Shown in pieces: positions 1-9,264 of a stretch of DNA of 64,000 nt (positions within the stretch are counted from its first letter, which is position 1; each line of letters opens with the position of its first letter). Below the pieces are notes generated by a model. The model was given only the letters and a program-made list of their open reading frames with translations, made no database searches and was not told where the DNA came from. Origin of the DNA: Nitrosopumilaceae archaeon (GTDB lineage Archaea; Thermoproteota; Nitrososphaeria; Nitrososphaerales; Nitrosopumilaceae); assembly GCA_965214835.1 (NCBI GenBank), contig CBDCCK010000002.1, forward strand, positions 896,001 through 960,000, in the 5' to 3' direction. The translations under genes and the position numbers were made by a program.

Positions 1-1011
1 GTTGCATGCTCGCCCATACCGCAGTCTAAAGCCCCCCAGTCTGTTGGGCGTGGACAGGACGGAGCGGCCGGTGATGACTTCGCGCATTCTTTTGGCAGCG
101 GCGTCCTCCTCCTTGTCTCCCGCCTGAACGGCCCCCTTTAGATCATTGAGCCATTCCCACCCATCAAGATTGTACAGCTCGATTCTTTTGAGGAGTTTTT
201 TGGCACGTCCAATCAATCCGTCGTTTAGGACCCTCAGTGCTCCGCCCCGAACCCTGTCGGTCTTCATTCGTGCCATGCCCTTGTGATTTACAACCTCGTA
301 GGGATCGGTATCAACGCCGTCAAGCTCCACGGGAAGGTGTGAGATCACCGTGGCAATGTCGTCATCCAGTACATGAAACTGGAAGCTTCCGGCCTCCCTT
401 TCATAGATTCTTAGCTCCTCTACGAACCGACCGGTTTCGTCGTCAAATGAGTTGGCTTGGTACTCGCCCAGGCCTGCTGCCTTTCTAACATGATCCGCAA
501 TCAGCATGGTTACTGCGGATTCCGTACCTCCCGCAGAGCGCATCGGTCCCGCTATGGAGACGGACAGGTACTCAGTCGAGTCCTTGTTCTTTTTGATCGT
601 GACCTCGCTGATTCCCTGTAACGGGGCTATGGTAACGCCCTCCGTAACAACTGCGAGGCCCACCCGGACTGCAAGATCAAGTCTTTCCTCCAAAGTCGCA
701 TCCTGTGGAAGATACTTTCCACGTGCAATTTCCTCGGACATTATGAGCGCAGACAGCTCCTTTCCGTTGGTTTGGAGAAGATCCCGCAGTGGATCGGAGA
801 TGTCGATGTCGTGCATTTTTGCCACACGATCAGCCAGGTCAAAGGCTATTTTGGGCTCAACCATGCCCGAAGAGTCCACAAGTGTGGACTTGGCATCTGC
901 TGCCCTTTCAAATATTTTGTATGTGTCCTCGGACAGTACAGAGTAGTAGTTCCGGTAATAGTCTGGCATCTTCATGCCCCGAATTCTGTTTAGAGTGGTG
1001 TTGTCTGACAT
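1..1011 (-). CDS. polC: DNA polymerase D large subunit DP2 (5' part; runs off the window start)
   Basis: Absent from the ORF track and translated by hand from the ATG at 1011: MSDNTTLNRIRGMKMPDYY...AVRVGLAVVTEGVTIAPLQGI...AGPMRSAGGTESA...RVRGGALRVLNDG...GGFRLRYGRACN, which are DP2 N-terminal signatures. Confidence 0.95.
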   Translation of the reverse strand, partial: MSDNTTLNRIRGMKMPDYYRNYYSVLSEDTYKIFERAADAKSTLVDSSGMVEPKIAFDLADRVAKMHDIDISDPLRDLLQTNGKELSALIMSEEIARGKYLPQDATLEERLDLAVRVGLAVVTEGVTIAPLQGISEVTIKKNKDSTEYLSVSIAGPMRSAGGTESAVTMLIADHVRKAAGLGEYQANSFDDETGRFVEELRIYEREAGSFQFHVLDDDIATVISHLPVELDGVDTDPYEVVNHKGMARMKTDRVRGGALRVLNDGLIGRAKKLLKRIELYNLDGWEWLNDLKGAVQAGDKEEDAAAKRMREVITGRSVLSTPNRLGGFRLRYGRACN

Positions 1012-1767
1012 CTACTTCTTGACGGATTCGATGGCTTTTGCTATTTCGGTCAGTTTTTTGGAGCTTCCAGGTTTTTCCAACATCGTACCAATAACCAGCG
1101 CGTCTGCGCCGGATTGGGCTAGGGACTTGGCGGTCTTGGGATTATGGATGCCCCCACCTACGATTATGAAGCCCTTGAAGGTCCTTCTTACGGTTCTGAC
1201 CATCTCTGGTGTGACGCTGGTCTTGGCTCCCGAGCCGGCCTCCAGATAGACGAACCGCATGCCCAAAAACTGGGCAGCCAGTGAATATGCGGCTGCTATT
1301 TTGGGTTTTTCAAATGGAATTCCTCTTGCAGAGCCCACAAACCAGGCAGAGGTTCCCTCACCGATTATTAAATACGCGGTAGGCAGAGGTTCCAGTCCAA
1401 ATTTTAGGACGCTGGGAGCTCCCAAGGCCTGAGCTTGGGTGATAAAGTATGGGTTTTCAGAGTTCATTAACGAGCTAAAGAGAATGGCGTCTGCCTCTGG
1501 AACAATACCGGTTACGTTTCCAGGAAACAGAATGGTTGGGATTTTGATGTTTTTTTTAATGTTTTTTACCACCTTGGACATCTCCAATTGATCAGTGGCA
1601 GAAGAACCTCCAACCAGTATGGCCGAGGCCCCTATTTTTTCAACCTCGGCTGCCAGTTTTGAAGACGAGTCCGGGTCTGAAACTTCAGAGTCAATCAACA
1701 CGAAAAGCAGGGTGTTTTTCCTTTTTAATTCGGATTGCAGGTGGTCTTCTACGGTGTTTCTAGTCAT
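1012..1767 (-). CDS. Geranylgeranylglyceryl phosphate synthase (GGGPS)
   Basis: Motifs LIDSE, ILVGGS, ILFPG, YLEAGSGA and IVGGGI. The stop codon directly abuts the DP2 ATG. Confidence 0.95.
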   Translation of the reverse strand: MTRNTVEDHLQSELKRKNTLLFVLIDSEVSDPDSSSKLAAEVEKIGASAILVGGSSATDQLEMSKVVKNIKKNIKIPTILFPGNVTGIVPEADAILFSSLMNSENPYFITQAQALGAPSVLKFGLEPLPTAYLIIGEGTSAWFVGSARGIPFEKPKIAAAYSLAAQFLGMRFVYLEAGSGAKTSVTPEMVRTVRRTFKGFIIVGGGIHNPKTAKSLAQSGADALVIGTMLEKPGSSKKLTEIAKAIESVKK

Positions 1768-1832
1768 AAATCAGGTTCTAATCTAGCTCTTTAAAGTTTA
1801 ATTGGAACAATAGTATACAGGTTTGTATAGCT

Positions 1833-2195
1833 ATGTCGGGGTTTGGGTCTTCTAAATTTAATAATATCATAAGACAAATTATAGAAAAATCGTTGTTTAC
1901 AGAGCGACAAATTGAAATTATTTTAAATCAGAAGAACCTTAGTGAGTCCAAGTTTTCCATAACAAAGGGGGCGTACTACAGGCAGGTAAGCCAGTCCAGG
2001 AGCAAGTTGGTGGGTCTTTACTATTCAATCATTCTTTTGCGCGGACTAGGCGTGCTCTTGCCTGATGACATTGATGTGATAACAAGGCTTTCGGAACAGG
2101 TTTCCGTGATAAAAGATGGTGATGTTTTCCCTGAAAGAGAGGAGGAAGTCATTGATGTGATAGACAGGGTGGTCAGGCAGGCCTGCAATATGTGA
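1833..2195 (+). CDS. Hypothetical protein with an N-terminal HTH-like segment (Tfx/sigma-region-4-like)
   Basis: 120 aa ORF; FTERQIEII...ITKGAYYRQVSQSR resembles an HTH. The fold is inferred. Confidence 0.65.
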   Translation: MSGFGSSKFNNIIRQIIEKSLFTERQIEIILNQKNLSESKFSITKGAYYRQVSQSRSKLVGLYYSIILLRGLGVLLPDDIDVITRLSEQVSVIKDGDVFPEREEEVIDVIDRVVRQACNM

Positions 2196-2318
2196 TGGTT
2201 GGAGAGTTTGTGAATAAAATTTCGTGTTTGTTGTGATAATGTGGTGGTGTTTTTCTTTACCCATTAGGTAAATAATGTTTGTCCATATATGATAAATCAC
2301 CATGCATGATGTAGGATA

Positions 2319-2909
2319 GTGATGTTGGTAGAAATTCCCGATCCTGAAGTGATATTTGTGGTGGTTGTCGCGTTTTTAGTGGGGTTGGGTGGATTTTATG
2401 CATACTATAAAATACGGCCCTATGTTAATCTGAAGAGGGTGGAAATCGATCCCAGCCAACTGGCGCGCCTAGAGTATTACGAGCGTCAACTAATCGATAT
2501 GAAAATACGCCTAGATGCCCTAGGGTTGGATGATGGTGTTGTAAAAAAACCTCAAAAAGAACCAGGGGTCGAGGTGGGGATCAGGCAAGCTTCACAGGTT
2601 ATAGAAGATGTCCCACAAGTGAAGGTGGAGGTTGAAAAACAATCATCCCAGGCACAAAGGCTGCCCAACATGACCTCAAATGACGCCGTAGATTATGTGT
2701 TGCAACTAATCACAGACAAATCAATGACGTCACGTGATATACAAGTCACACTTGGAAGGAGTAGGGAGCACACTTCCAGGTTAATGAAGAGGTTGTTTGA
2801 GGGGGGTTATGTTGATCGAAATGTTAGTACAAAACCATATACTTACTCAATTACCGATAAAGGTAAGGAAAGAGTTGGTTTGGTTAAAGGTCCCATAACT
2901 GCTACATAA
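2319..2909 (+). CDS. Membrane-anchored winged-helix DNA-binding protein
   Basis: N-terminal TM helix (VIFVVVVAFLVGLGGFYAYY), coiled coil (RLEYYERQLIDMKIRLDAL), linker, then C-terminal wHTH (MTSRDIQVTLGRSREHTSRLMKRLFEGGYVDR...KPYTYSITDKG). Confidence 0.85.
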   Translation: MMLVEIPDPEVIFVVVVAFLVGLGGFYAYYKIRPYVNLKRVEIDPSQLARLEYYERQLIDMKIRLDALGLDDGVVKKPQKEPGVEVGIRQASQVIEDVPQVKVEVEKQSSQAQRLPNMTSNDAVDYVLQLITDKSMTSRDIQVTLGRSREHTSRLMKRLFEGGYVDRNVSTKPYTYSITDKGKERVGLVKGPITAT

Positions 2910-3119
2910 CCCCGGTTTTTTATAATTTTCCAAGTTCCACACAATGGGGTGGGGGGGTGATGTGTCAGCCAAAAACACAGGTTAGAGAACCAAAACTCAC
3001 CAGACCCTGCAGGGTTGCCCCTTTGTTGTGGTTTGGTTTGTTAGTTTTTCTTTATATTTTATTTAAATTTTTAAATTGTAAAGTTTTATTAATTATAATC
3101 ATTATAAATTATAATAAAA

Positions 3120-3281
3120 ATGTCTGCAGGTGGTTTGGAGGTTTTGGTAAAGATTTCATCGGTTGGTACCATATCACTACCAAAACAGTTTCGAAAGTAT
3201 ATGGACATGCAAAAAGGTGATTATGTTAAAGTTGTTATGGAAAGAGACCGTCTAATTATTAGAAGGGTTGTAATTAGTTAG
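3120..3281 (+). CDS. AbrB/MazE/SpoVT-family DNA-binding protein (53 aa)
   Basis: Below the ORF-track cutoff; hand translation MSAGGLEVLVKISSVGTISLPKQFRKYMDMQKGDYVKVVMERDRLIIRRVVIS fits the swapped-hairpin consensus. Confidence 0.85.
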   Translation: MSAGGLEVLVKISSVGTISLPKQFRKYMDMQKGDYVKVVMERDRLIIRRVVIS

Positions 3282-3665
3282 GTGGGGTTTTTGGCCCGTT
3301 TTTGTTATTTGATAGGTCCATTCCCTGCCTGATTTAACCCTGTTTACCCTGCCTTTTTCATTAAATCTTGATAAATATGTGGAAATTACACTGAGTTTGA
3401 TCGGCTCGTTATACTCATCCTCATATTTTTCAAGTAGGTCTGTAGAGGTGAATTTTCCTATTAAATAGAATTTGTTAATAATATTCCAGATTTTACCCCC
3501 AATAGAATCTAGGTTCTGTGGTTGAGATTCCTGTTCAACATCCATTATACCCATCGAATCCAATAATTTGAAAAGGCGTTCTCTGGTTATGTTTCCCTCT
3601 AATTTAAGATGAAGGGGATTACCATCAGAGTCTACCGTACCTATACTAATCTTATTTCTTACCAT
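3252..3665 (-). CDS. Hypothetical protein with C-terminal winged helix
   Basis: FTSTDLLEKYEDEYNEPIKLSVISTYLSRFNEKGRVNRVKSGREWTY is wHTH-like; the gene is divergent from cdc6 across oriC. Confidence 0.75.
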   Translation of the reverse strand: MVRNKISIGTVDSDGNPLHLKLEGNITRERLFKLLDSMGIMDVEQESQPQNLDSIGGKIWNIINKFYLIGKFTSTDLLEKYEDEYNEPIKLSVISTYLSRFNEKGRVNRVKSGREWTYQITKTGQKPHLTNYNPSNN

Positions 3666-4133
3666 ATGTGATCAATAAGGATTAATTATTAACCATTCAA
3701 TAGGTCTATAAAATTTTGTTAATAAACAGGGTTGTTAATATTGACTGCCTAGCCCACGCCTAGGGGGTTTTTTATTATTAACAATTTTTTAAAAAAAACT
3801 ACCAAAAATCCCTTGTTTTCATGCCTGGAGTGGAAATAAAGGGGTCAAAATTTGTATATTAACCATGTTAAGGGGTTGTTTAACACCTAGAGTGGAAATA
3901 AAGGGGTCAAAATAACCATTTTTTGTCAATTTTAACACCAGATTAACCTATCTGTCAAGCCAAAAAACCACCCACACACCTTTATTTCCACTCCTTTTTT
4001 TTTCAAATTTTTTTTAAGAAACTAAATCTAACCAAAAATAATTAATCATATACTGAATTTGAGTTGTTGTTTGATTCTATACAGTTCTAGGAGAGGTATT
4101 GTGGTAACTAATGGAAATAAAGGTGTGTGGGTG
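3666..4133. other. Replication origin oriC with four ORB-like repeats and AT-rich unwinding tracts
   Basis: CT(G/A)GAGTGGAAATAAAGGGGTCAAAA at 3825-3850 and 3887-3912, an inverted copy at 3969-3994, and TGGAAATAAAGGTGTGTGGGTG at 4112-4133. The region has A/T runs and lies directly upstream of cdc6. Confidence 0.9.
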
Positions 4134-5338
4134 TGTCTGGTGACCCGGTTGATAGGTTATTGGATGCTGCAGAAGGTGGCAAGTCCCTTATCAAAAACAG
4201 GGAAATTTTACATTTTGACTATATTCCAAACATAATTTTACATAGGGATGTTGAACAGGAGCGAGTCACACAATCATTACTTCCAATCCTAAAACAATCA
4301 AGGCCATCAAACCTTCTTGTATATGGAAAGCCGGGAACCGGCAAGACCCTTGTCGTAAGAAAGGTGTTGTTAAAAATCCAAGAAAGGGTGGAAAAAAGCA
4401 ACTTTCCAATCAAACTAGCATATGCAAACTCCAAGGTGGAAACCACCCTTTATGGATTGTTGGTTAGTTTGGGCAGGCAGTTGGGCCTGTCAGACAGGGA
4501 TCTACCATCAACAGGCCTGTCAATCAGTGAAGTCTTCAAACGTCTGCTGGCCAACATAAATAAAAACAAAACAAACGCGGTTTTTGTGATAGATGAAATT
4601 GACTATCTTGCTCACTTGGTCACCAAAACGGGAAAGGACATACTTTACCAACTAACCCGCGCAAACGAGAACCTAAAATCAGGCACGCTGACCATAATAG
4701 GCATCTCAAATGATCTCACCTTCAAAGAACGCCTGGATGCAAGGGTTATCAGCAGCCTCGGGGAAGAGGAGATTGTATTTACAAACTATTCGGTAGGCCA
4801 ACTTCGAAAAATCCTGGAAGGAAGGGTAAACGAGGCCTTTGAGAACTCCTCGATCGAAGAACCGGCATTGAATCTATGTGCTGCCATGGCAGGCCGCGAG
4901 CACGGTGACGCCAGACGGGCAATCGATCTACTCAGGGTTGCGGCTGAAACCGCCGAACGCCAACAATCCGACAAAATCACCGAACAACACATCCGTGACG
5001 CCTCCCAAAAAATCGAGGAAGACAAGGAGACGACGGCCCTCAAATCATACCCACTACATGAAAAACTCCTAATCATTGCCGTGATGCGGACTGCAGGATC
5101 ATCCACGGGCGGGATTTACACTGCATACAAGGCATTATGCAAGACAGTAAGGCAAAAGGAGCTAACCCAAAGACGGGTCACACAAATGCTCAGCGAGATA
5201 GAACTGTCCGGAATCATCTCGGGAAGACTAGTTCACCAGGGAATCCACGGCAGAACAAAAAAATTCAAGCTTACCATTCCACCAGAAATGGTAAAAGAGA
5301 CACTCAAAAACGATCTGTCCTTGGAGGACATCATCTAG
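4127..5338 (+). CDS. cdc6: Orc1/Cdc6 replication initiator
   Basis: Walker A YGKPGTGKT, Walker B VIDEID, GDARRAIDLL and a C-terminal wHTH. Confidence 0.97.
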   Translation: MGVSGDPVDRLLDAAEGGKSLIKNREILHFDYIPNIILHRDVEQERVTQSLLPILKQSRPSNLLVYGKPGTGKTLVVRKVLLKIQERVEKSNFPIKLAYANSKVETTLYGLLVSLGRQLGLSDRDLPSTGLSISEVFKRLLANINKNKTNAVFVIDEIDYLAHLVTKTGKDILYQLTRANENLKSGTLTIIGISNDLTFKERLDARVISSLGEEEIVFTNYSVGQLRKILEGRVNEAFENSSIEEPALNLCAAMAGREHGDARRAIDLLRVAAETAERQQSDKITEQHIRDASQKIEEDKETTALKSYPLHEKLLIIAVMRTAGSSTGGIYTAYKALCKTVRQKELTQRRVTQMLSEIELSGIISGRLVHQGIHGRTKKFKLTIPPEMVKETLKNDLSLEDII

Positions 5339-6768
5339 TCTTCAGAAAAGTCCTTCTTGTATACCTTGAAGGTCTTGAGATTTACAATAATGGCTATGCC
5401 TGGCGTAGGCGCCACGCCCACACTGCTTTGAAAGGGTGTTTGTGCCTGCCATGCGCCTGAGTTTACCAACAAGACGCCCTTGTACATATCCAAGCCCACC
5501 ACGTGCACATGTCCCATGTGAAGGACGTCCGGCACATCGTCAATGACCATCATGTCATCGGTCTCTGGGGCAATTGGCGTCTGTGAACCATAGATCGGAC
5601 TCATATGCCGCGCCATGATCAGGCGCCTCATCACGTTTACCGGCTTGTCATAGCTCAGACCGGGAGTCGTCTTGACAATATCGTCGATACTCTGTCCATG
5701 AAACATCAATATTTTGACCCCGTTTAAGGAAACCATTGCAGGATTGCCCAAAAGGTGGTAGTTTTCCCTCTCCCAAATGCTTTGGTTGTATTTCTGGGGC
5801 AATGCCGGTTGTGGGAGGGCGCGCCGGCCGGGATCGTGATTTCCTGTAATCATAAAGACCTTGACGTTCCTTGGAATTTTTGATAGCATTTCGTCCAACT
5901 TGGACAGTTGGGATTCTATTGTGGGGTGGACTAACTCCTTGTCTTGGTTTGGGTATATTCCGACCCCATCCACAACATCTCCCGCTATTAACACAAAGCG
6001 CACCTTCCGTGCTATTGGGTCCGGGGACTGGAGCCAGCCGGTAAAGGACTCAAACTGCCCCTCCATAAAATACCTGCTCCCGACATGCAAGTCCGAAAGG
6101 AGCACCGCATAGGCCTCGGTCTCTGAACGGTTGGAGGCCCTATCCGGAACGTCAGGCAGAATAATATCCCTCGCAATATATCCACCACTCTTGCCGGGGG
6201 CCGCCCTGACCACAACAAACTGGTCCAAGAGCAGGCCCCGCGCCTCCTCTTTGAGATCCTCATCAAACACAATGACCTCCATGGAGGATGAGGGATCCTC
6301 TATGACCAGCCTTACGATGCTACGCTCGGAACTGCGCTCGGTGACCAACCCACAGACGTATATGTCGTCCTTTGACTTTTCATCCACCACACTGGAAATC
6401 GACTTTAACATTCTTGACTCGGGACGGTCCGAAACGATTCGTTTTAACTTTGAGAACCTGCTTGCAAACAAGGAGTTGTACCCACTTACCCCCTCCGCAG
6501 AGGTGATGCTCTTGGTCGGATCAGACAGGATCTCAAAATCACCATCAATGGCACCATCATCCTTTATTCCCAGAAACTCCTCCAAGTCATCCTGGTTGAT
6601 GTGGTAGAGCCTCTGCCTGGCCTTCTCCTTGACCAGATCCTTGATGATCCTTTCTAACTCCCCGGCCTCAATCCTCCCCAGGACTTCAAAGGCATCCGGA
6701 TGTATCTGAAATCCCTTGCTCAGCGCATAGTTTAGCGCAAAAGACACCTCTCTGTTCAATAGAACCAA
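5335..6768 (-). CDS. polB: DNA polymerase D small subunit DP1 (proofreading exonuclease)
   Basis: OB fold plus calcineurin-like motifs SDLHVGS, AGDVVDG, GNHD, FHG and HMGHVH. Confidence 0.96.
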   Translation of the reverse strand: MVLLNREVSFALNYALSKGFQIHPDAFEVLGRIEAGELERIIKDLVKEKARQRLYHINQDDLEEFLGIKDDGAIDGDFEILSDPTKSITSAEGVSGYNSLFASRFSKLKRIVSDRPESRMLKSISSVVDEKSKDDIYVCGLVTERSSERSIVRLVIEDPSSSMEVIVFDEDLKEEARGLLLDQFVVVRAAPGKSGGYIARDIILPDVPDRASNRSETEAYAVLLSDLHVGSRYFMEGQFESFTGWLQSPDPIARKVRFVLIAGDVVDGVGIYPNQDKELVHPTIESQLSKLDEMLSKIPRNVKVFMITGNHDPGRRALPQPALPQKYNQSIWERENYHLLGNPAMVSLNGVKILMFHGQSIDDIVKTTPGLSYDKPVNVMRRLIMARHMSPIYGSQTPIAPETDDMMVIDDVPDVLHMGHVHVVGLDMYKGVLLVNSGAWQAQTPFQSSVGVAPTPGIAIIVNLKTFKVYKKDFSED

Positions 6769-6831
6769 ATATTGCGTGTTTTAATTAAACCTGCCCACCG
6801 TCCTGCCAACCCTCAAATATGATCGGCCTGG

Positions 6832-7377
6832 ATGAACAGTGTGAAAATCCGCATTGTGTTGTTTTTCATTTTTGTCGGCATCTTCTCTGCAGCGTACTCG
6901 GTAGGGGCCGAAACGGAGGTGTCAGAGGAGGAGGCTGAGATCTTCATGGAGGAGTTCAATGAGTTAATAGATGGAATTGATGGGTTTGGCATATTTGTAC
7001 ATAACACCATGCTTGCAGTTCCAATGTTTATTCCTGGATTCGGGGTGGCCTGGGGCCTGTTCTCTGCCTGGTCTACCGGCATGGCGTTTTCTGCAATCAC
7101 CACCACCACTCCGGAACTAATCGGCATACCCCCACTGGCAATACTGTATCTTTCACCCTTTGGAATCATGGAGCTTGCAGCCTATTCCCTGGGAATATCT
7201 AGGAGCTACATGTTGATTTATGCCATTGTAAGAAAAACACCACTAAAACCACAGTTCAAACCTGTCGGGATCGAGGTTGGAGTTGTGGTAGGCCTGTTGT
7301 TGGCTGGTGGATACCTAGAATTCTATGCAATAGAGCTGGCGATGGAGTCTAACCTTGAGATGCCGCCGGGCCTTTAG
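6832..7377 (+). CDS. SpoIIM-like membrane protein
   Basis: Multiple TM helices with IFVHN, PFGIMELAAY and LLAGGYLE motifs. Confidence 0.75.
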   Translation: MNSVKIRIVLFFIFVGIFSAAYSVGAETEVSEEEAEIFMEEFNELIDGIDGFGIFVHNTMLAVPMFIPGFGVAWGLFSAWSTGMAFSAITTTTPELIGIPPLAILYLSPFGIMELAAYSLGISRSYMLIYAIVRKTPLKPQFKPVGIEVGVVVGLLLAGGYLEFYAIELAMESNLEMPPGL

Positions 7378-7584
7378 GGGTTTTGCCTAGCCAGCCCAAA
7401 ACAACCCGTACTGATGGGTCGGGCGCTTACACAAACGTAGCCGTGACTTTCCTGCCTGGCCAAAGTGGCGTGGCCTCACAGTCGACAGTACGAGGCCCCC
7501 AAACCGTTTGGTTTAGATATACTGTTCCTTACATCTAAAATAATTTAGTAGTAAATTATAAACCAAACCTGGCGAAAAAACCTC

Positions 7585-8550
7585 ATGAATCCGGGCCTAG
7601 TCTTGCTTGCGACCGTTGCAGTGCTAGTTTTGGGCCTAGCCGCAGGCGACGCCCATGCGATATCTCCAAACCAATCCCTTGTCTTGGAAGGTGCGGGATA
7701 TCTTGCCACCGAGCGGACAATCAAGACCTCCGATCTGAACATTGTCCTGGAAACCGGCGCCCAGTCGGGAAGCAGAACCAGCATAGACATTGAAGGCGGC
7801 CTTGTGACAATCACCAACAACGACTATACCATTACTGGTTCCCAGGCATCATCATTGAGGGAGGGCAAGTACATTAGAATTTCAGCGACTGCAGAGTCCG
7901 CCGACGGCGGTGACGAGATAACAATTAGCGCACTGGGCAGGCTAATCCAAAACAGCAAAAGCGGCTCGATTTACACGTTTACCGGCAGGATCATAGACGG
8001 GGACACGACTTACAAGATTATCTATATTGGCCAACTCTCAAATGCACCCACACCGGCCACCACGGAAGGCCCTGCAGGGGAGATAACCGTTCACATCCTC
8101 AAGGGCGCATCAAACCCAGCCCTCACATCAAGCTATATCGGAAGGGACACCTACCAAAAAGGGGGATACTTTTCAGTTGACAGCCTGACTATCACTCCGG
8201 ACACGTCTGTTACGTTTGTAAACGACGATGTCGTGCCTCACACCCTGGTGAGTGGAACCGGCCTGGCGGCAACCGTCAGGATCAACTCGGGCGGATTTAT
8301 GCTGTGTGAATCTCAAGACGAGGCCCAAAGCGGCTCTAGCTATGTTGGAGATAACTGCGACTTTACGTTTGACGGCAGACTTGACAGCGGGGAAATTGCA
8401 CCGGGGGAATCATGGACTGCCACATTCGAGGAGATGGGCTTTTACAGGCTAATTGATCCTGCCTACCCCTGGATGAACCTCGTATCCTATACGTTTCCCG
8501 AGTCTGACACCCTGATCCTTAGACAAGACAGCAACCGACCGGGCAACTAA
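7585..8550 (+). CDS. Secreted protein with C-terminal cupredoxin-like domain
   Basis: Signal peptide; VTFVNDDVVPHTLVSG...DSGEIAPGESWTATFEEMGFYRLIDPAYPWM is a plastocyanin-like pattern. Confidence 0.75.
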   Translation: MNPGLVLLATVAVLVLGLAAGDAHAISPNQSLVLEGAGYLATERTIKTSDLNIVLETGAQSGSRTSIDIEGGLVTITNNDYTITGSQASSLREGKYIRISATAESADGGDEITISALGRLIQNSKSGSIYTFTGRIIDGDTTYKIIYIGQLSNAPTPATTEGPAGEITVHILKGASNPALTSSYIGRDTYQKGGYFSVDSLTITPDTSVTFVNDDVVPHTLVSGTGLAATVRINSGGFMLCESQDEAQSGSSYVGDNCDFTFDGRLDSGEIAPGESWTATFEEMGFYRLIDPAYPWMNLVSYTFPESDTLILRQDSNRPGN

Positions 8551-9263
8551 CCCCCCCACTGCCATTTGTAGTTCATGTACGAGTCCGGCTCCGTTTGGTC
8601 AAAAACCATTATGGAGAGGGGGGAAAACTCCACCCCCACCAACTCATCGACCACCCCCTGAAAATGCGTCTCATCACCGGTGGTCACCGCCTCAAACACG
8701 TGCACCTTCAGAGCGGAGGTGTCTATACCCATTTTTTTCAGGTACTGGGCTATCTCTGACGGCATAAAGTGTTTTTCAGGTATTTTTGGCCACGGCCTGG
8801 GAACCAGAACCACACTAAACCCGTCAACAATGGCCTTTACAAGCTCCAGTTTTTTCTCCTCAATGGGAGCCGTTACGTGAAGCGTGATCACCCTTGACTT
8901 GTCCAGCGGCACGGCAGTTCTTGCAGCGGCAACCTGCACCGAGCTGATTCCCGGAATTATGGTCACCTCTCCAAACAACTCTATCAACCTATCAACGACC
9001 TCTGATTCTGAAAAGCTAACATCCCCCGTAAAGGGGACAACCACGGTCTTTCCCCCGGGCCTTGACAGAACCTTACGGTACGCCTCCTCCTGGCTTGACA
9101 TTGTTACGGTAACGACCTCCTTGTTCTTCAAAAGATGCCTGATTGTCCTTAGCGTGTATTCGTATCCAATGATGATATCAGACTCGGAAATTATCTCCTC
9201 TGCCAGTCTTGTTACGTATTTTGGAGAGCCCGGACCCACGCCTACGGCATATACCTTTGACAA
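8547..9263 (-). CDS. cbiE: Cobalt-precorrin-7/precorrin-6Y C5-methyltransferase (CbiE-like)
   Basis: Tetrapyrrole methylase motifs VGVGPG, TGDVSFS and IIPGISSVQVAAAR. Confidence 0.8.
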   Translation of the reverse strand: MSKVYAVGVGPGSPKYVTRLAEEIISESDIIIGYEYTLRTIRHLLKNKEVVTVTMSSQEEAYRKVLSRPGGKTVVVPFTGDVSFSESEVVDRLIELFGEVTIIPGISSVQVAAARTAVPLDKSRVITLHVTAPIEEKKLELVKAIVDGFSVVLVPRPWPKIPEKHFMPSEIAQYLKKMGIDTSALKVHVFEAVTTGDETHFQGVVDELVGVEFSPLSIMVFDQTEPDSYMNYKWQWGG

Positions 9264-9264
9264 C

